From: an uncultured SAR324 cluster bacterium
Lineage (GTDB): Bacteria > SAR324 > NAC60-12
Assembly: GCA_902590435.1 (NCBI GenBank)
Contig: CACIWU010000001.1
Location: 26,921 to 90,920 of the forward strand
Direction: 5' to 3'
Length of the DNA stretch: 64,000 nt
Shown piece by piece: positions 60,835 through 64,000 of the stretch. Numbering within the stretch: the stretch's first letter is position 1; the number at the start of each line of letters is the position of its first letter. The notes below the pieces were generated by a model, which was given only the letters and a program-made list of their open reading frames with translations, made no database searches and was not told where the DNA came from. Made by a program: the position numbers and the translations under genes.

Positions 60835-61683
60835 ATGAATCAGGAAGACCATCGTCTGCATCTTCAAGAGGGACCTATTAATCTAATTCTAGACGTAGAT
60901 GCATTTAAAGATATACGAGAAAATTTATTTTTTTCAGCAGAAAAAAGACTGAGTACTGTTCTTAGAGAACTTGTTCTGGAATTGGACTTGTTAAAACTAC
61001 CTTGGAAAATTCATAGTCCTGTCCCAAAAGGGGGAATAGCAAAAAGAATGTTCTACGCAGTAAGTGATCTAGATGTTTTTGTTACTCCAATGGCTGCTGT
61101 CGCAGGTGCTGTTGCAGACGAGATTCTTGATGTCATGCGTAAAACTGTCGAAAACTCCGATTACTACCTAGATAATGTCAAAAGAATGTATGTAAATAAC
61201 GGAGGAGACCTTTCATTTTGGTTAAAAAATGGTTCTTCATTTTCTGTGGGAGTTATTGATAATATTGAAGCACCAGAATTAAATACCAAAGTTTCGCTTC
61301 ATCATGAAAGCCCGGTGAGAGGTATCGCTACTTCCGGTTGGCGAGGCCGCTCACAAAGCCTTGGGATTGCGGATGCTGTAACAGTTTTGGCTAAATCTGC
61401 AGTTGAAGCAGATGTTGCAGCAACTTTGATTGCAAATGATGTAAATATAGAATACCCAGGTATTGAAAAACGTCCTGCATCTGAATTGAAAGATGATAGT
61501 GATCTAGGATCAATGCCAGTTACTATTGGCGTACCTGAATTACCAGATTTTATGATTTCTGAAGCATTAAACAAAGGAGTAAAAACCGCGAGAAAATTTA
61601 TTAACATGGGAATAATTGAAACAGCATACCTTTCCCTCCAAAAACAAACACTTGTTGTAGAAAAAAATAATAATGAGAAATAA
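60835..61683 (+). CDS. ApbE-like / UPF0280-family protein
   Basis: Block GIATSGWRGRSQSLGIADAVTVLAKSAVEADVAATL resembles ApbE signature (TSG..R...G..D.VTV.A..A..ADA.AT). Confidence 0.5.
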   Translation: MNQEDHRLHLQEGPINLILDVDAFKDIRENLFFSAEKRLSTVLRELVLELDLLKLPWKIHSPVPKGGIAKRMFYAVSDLDVFVTPMAAVAGAVADEILDVMRKTVENSDYYLDNVKRMYVNNGGDLSFWLKNGSSFSVGVIDNIEAPELNTKVSLHHESPVRGIATSGWRGRSQSLGIADAVTVLAKSAVEADVAATLIANDVNIEYPGIEKRPASELKDDSDLGSMPVTIGVPELPDFMISEALNKGVKTARKFINMGIIETAYLSLQKQTLVVEKNNNEK

Positions 61684-62269
61684 AATGAGCGATCTAATAA
61701 AAGTTAGAAAAATAGTTACCCATACTGAAAATATATTTCATGAAGGAGGTCCTTCCCTCAAAAATCCAATCAAAAAAGGATATATTTCAATTGTGTTAAA
61801 TAATCCATATGCAGGAAAATTCGTAGAGGATATTACCCCCATGATGGAAGCACTAAAGCCTGTGGGATTGGAAGCGGCCGAACATCTGATAAAATTACTA
61901 GGAGGGTCAAATCAAATTCAAAGTTACGGGAAAGGCTCAATTGTTGGAGAAGAAGGAGAATTAGAACATGGAGCGCTCTGGCATGTCCCAGGTGGATATG
62001 CAATGCGAGAAGCTCTTGGAGGGGCGTTGGCTATAGTTCCCTCATCAAAAAAAGTAGGAGGAATAGGGTGCCGTTTGGATATCCCAATTACACATATAAA
62101 TGCATCTTACGTGCGCAGCCACTTTGACGCAATGGAAGTTTATGTTCAAGATGCTCCAAGGCCAAAAGAAATTGTCTATAGCCTAGTCATGACTACTGGT
62201 GGAAGAACTCATTCCCGAGTAGGAGGATTAGAAGCGGATCAAATTTCCGTCAAAGATGGTCTTAGGTAA
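61673..62269 (+). CDS. DUF1185 / 'amino acid synthesis' (AA_synth) family protein
   Basis: ~195 aa. N-terminal IRKIVTHTENIFHEGG...IVLNNPYAGKF pattern characteristic of PF06684-type proteins. Start may be the internal Met at 61685. Confidence 0.45.
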   Translation: MRNKMSDLIKVRKIVTHTENIFHEGGPSLKNPIKKGYISIVLNNPYAGKFVEDITPMMEALKPVGLEAAEHLIKLLGGSNQIQSYGKGSIVGEEGELEHGALWHVPGGYAMREALGGALAIVPSSKKVGGIGCRLDIPITHINASYVRSHFDAMEVYVQDAPRPKEIVYSLVMTTGGRTHSRVGGLEADQISVKDGLR

Positions 62270-62337
62270 TAATAATTTTATAGACATAAAATATATTTCC
62301 TTAAGTTAACAAAATGTTACTGCTCTATTTTGTTTTG

Positions 62338-64000
62338 CTAATTTCTTTTTCTATATTTTATTGTTTCCTCTAAATTTACGGTTAATTCTTGATGGTTGAT
62401 TACGACACCAAAAAGTTCTTTTACTCTTTGAATTGAATAATAACCTCTAAGGACATCCAGCAAGACTAATTCTGGAGTTCTAAGAAAGGGATCTTCATAT
62501 CCTCCTCCTCCAGGAGTAGAAACATGGATAGTATCTCCTTCTTGCACGAGTATATTTTGATCTTTTGAAAAGTGTGGAGGTATGTATGATTCTCCGCTTT
62601 GCACTACTTTCACAAAATTTAATCCTCCATCTTTACCCTTTAAAACTCCCTGAGGACCAAATCTACCATGATCCATAACCATAGAGACCTTAGCATTCCC
62701 TCTTATAATTTTGATTTTATAATTAACTCCAAACCCTCCTCGTTTTTTCCCAGCACCCCCAGATCCCTCATGAAGTGAATACTCTTCAAACAAAACAGGA
62801 TAAAATTGTTCCATGACTTCGACTGGAGTTGTTTTAGAAATTCCAATTGTTGAACATCCATTTGAAAGGCCATCCTCATTGGGATTGCCTCCATAACCTC
62901 CTCCGCTTATAACATACATTACATAGTTACGATTATACTTAGGATCAAACCCTCCCAAACAAAGGTTCCCACTTGTACCTGCAGGTGCTGCAAATAGTTG
63001 ATTTGGGATTGCTTTTACAAGTGCACTAAAAACCGATTCTGCTATTCGCTGACTTACCTCAGCAGCGCATCCGGAAACAGGACGAGGATATTTAGCGTAC
63101 AAAAAAGTTTCTTCAGGATCTTCAATGTGCAAAGGCTGGAAAGTACCTGCGTTAAGAGGTACTTCAGGGAAGATATGTTTAATTGCTAGATAAATTGAAG
63201 ATTTAGTAGTAGCAATAACACTGTTCATAGGTCCCAAACATGGAGGACTTGAACCAGACATGTCAAAATAAAGTTCCGTGTCTAACTTGCGAATTTTCAT
63301 ATCAATTCGCAAGGGTTCATTTACAACACCATCAGAATCTACTATACCTTCACCATGATAAATCCCATCGGGTATTTCTTTTATTCGAGCCCTCATTTGT
63401 TTTGCCGCCCGGATTTTTAATTCTTTAATGGAATTTTTTACTATTTCTTCTCCATATCGATCAATAAGTTGAGTAAATCTCTTTTCACCGACACTTAGAG
63501 CGGCTGCTTGAGCTTTGATATCACCTATTCGTTGATCAGCAATACGAATATTTGAAAGTACAATAGAAAGTATTTCCTCATCAAGAACCCCTTCTTTGTA
63601 AAGTTTTACTGGTGGTAAACGTAATCCTTCCTGCTCAACTTCAGTTGCATTCGCTGAAAATCCTCCCGGCACGGCACCTCCAGTATCTGGCCAATGCCCT
63701 GTATTCGCTAGCCATGCGAACAATTTTCCTTTGTAAAAAAATGGCTTTACAAAACGGACATCCATTAAATGTGTGCCACCAAGATATGGATCATTTACAA
63801 TAAAAACATCCCCTGGCTTTAAATTTTTTGCCCTATCAATAACGCACTTCGTTCCAAACTGCATTGTTCCTACAAATACAGGTAATCCTAGTTCTCCTTG
63901 AGAAATAAGTTCACCATTTTCTATATCATATATTCCATCTGAACGATCCAATGCTTCTGAGATGACTGGACTAAAAGCAGATCTTACAAAAGCAAGATCC
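62338..64000 (-). CDS. hyuB: hydantoinase B/oxoprolinase family protein (HyuB domain), 5' end beyond window
   Basis: C-terminal PGGGGYEDPFLR..V..DV..GY.S signature. Reading frame stays open upstream of the nominal TTG at 63951 to the window edge (..DLAFVRSAFSPVISEALDRSDGIY..), matching the conserved HyuB N-region. Gene is therefore partial or a HyuA-HyuB fusion. Confidence 0.75.
   Translation of the reverse strand, partial: DLAFVRSAFSPVISEALDRSDGIYDIENGELISQGELGLPVFVGTMQFGTKCVIDRAKNLKPGDVFIVNDPYLGGTHLMDVRFVKPFFYKGKLFAWLANTGHWPDTGGAVPGGFSANATEVEQEGLRLPPVKLYKEGVLDEEILSIVLSNIRIADQRIGDIKAQAAALSVGEKRFTQLIDRYGEEIVKNSIKELKIRAAKQMRARIKEIPDGIYHGEGIVDSDGVVNEPLRIDMKIRKLDTELYFDMSGSSPPCLGPMNSVIATTKSSIYLAIKHIFPEVPLNAGTFQPLHIEDPEETFLYAKYPRPVSGCAAEVSQRIAESVFSALVKAIPNQLFAAPAGTSGNLCLGGFDPKYNRNYVMYVISGGGYGGNPNEDGLSNGCSTIGISKTTPVEVMEQFYPVLFEEYSLHEGSGGAGKKRGGFGVNYKIKIIRGNAKVSMVMDHGRFGPQGVLKGKDGGLNFVKVVQSGESYIPPHFSKDQNILVQEGDTIHVSTPGGGGYEDPFLRTPELVLLDVLRGYYSIQRVKELFGVVINHQELTVNLEETIKYRKRN

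Overview
The window is AT-rich (my estimate about 30-35% GC, not computed) and densely coded, from a Gram-negative-type bacterium. Envelope markers seen are LpxC, MsbA, an LptE-like lipoprotein and NuoM, plus a CIRCE/HrcA-type groESL operator. Most of it reads as chromosomal core. Housekeeping genes present: ilvD, recD-like helicase, dus, def, nusB, leuB, cysS, nuoM, dut, miaA, miaB, dksA, groES/groEL, lysS, hisI, thrC, dnaE, one tRNA-Arg. Interspersed is a cell-envelope/glycosylation block: GT61, two GT2, GNAT, TlpA, a PBP4-like carboxypeptidase, a nucleotidyltransferase, msbA. There are also several unannotatable proteins. No CRISPR array, integrase, transposase or rRNA was found. The items I consider most worth follow-up are: (1) the 3' end of the window (55.6-64.0 kb). 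It holds an XdhD/YgfM-type molybdenum hydroxylase (FAD subunit plus fused 2Fe-2S/MoCo subunit). This is translationally coupled to a 486-aa Cys-rich protein of no recognisable family. An ApbE/UPF0280-like protein and a DUF1185 'AA_synth' protein follow. A divergent HyuB-type ATP-dependent hydantoinase/oxoprolinase runs off the window edge. Together they read as an undescribed N-heterocycle/lactam catabolic module. (2) A response-regulator receiver domain fused in frame to a catalytically intact LpxC. (3) An orphan nuoM directly preceded by a 433-aa unknown protein, in one co-directional array with cysS-msbA. (4) A lutB-lutC pair without lutA, flanked by ilvD and lhgO. (5) A truncated prepilin-peptidase N-domain ORF. 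(6) A 1-kb ORF-free AT-rich gap. (7) Two unknown small proteins embedded in a miaA-miaB locus. (8) Homopolymer tracts (G7 upstream of a GT2 gene; A12 at the 5' end of a nucleotidyltransferase) that are candidate phase-variation switches. All calls are from reading the translations and DNA by eye; no database search was run.
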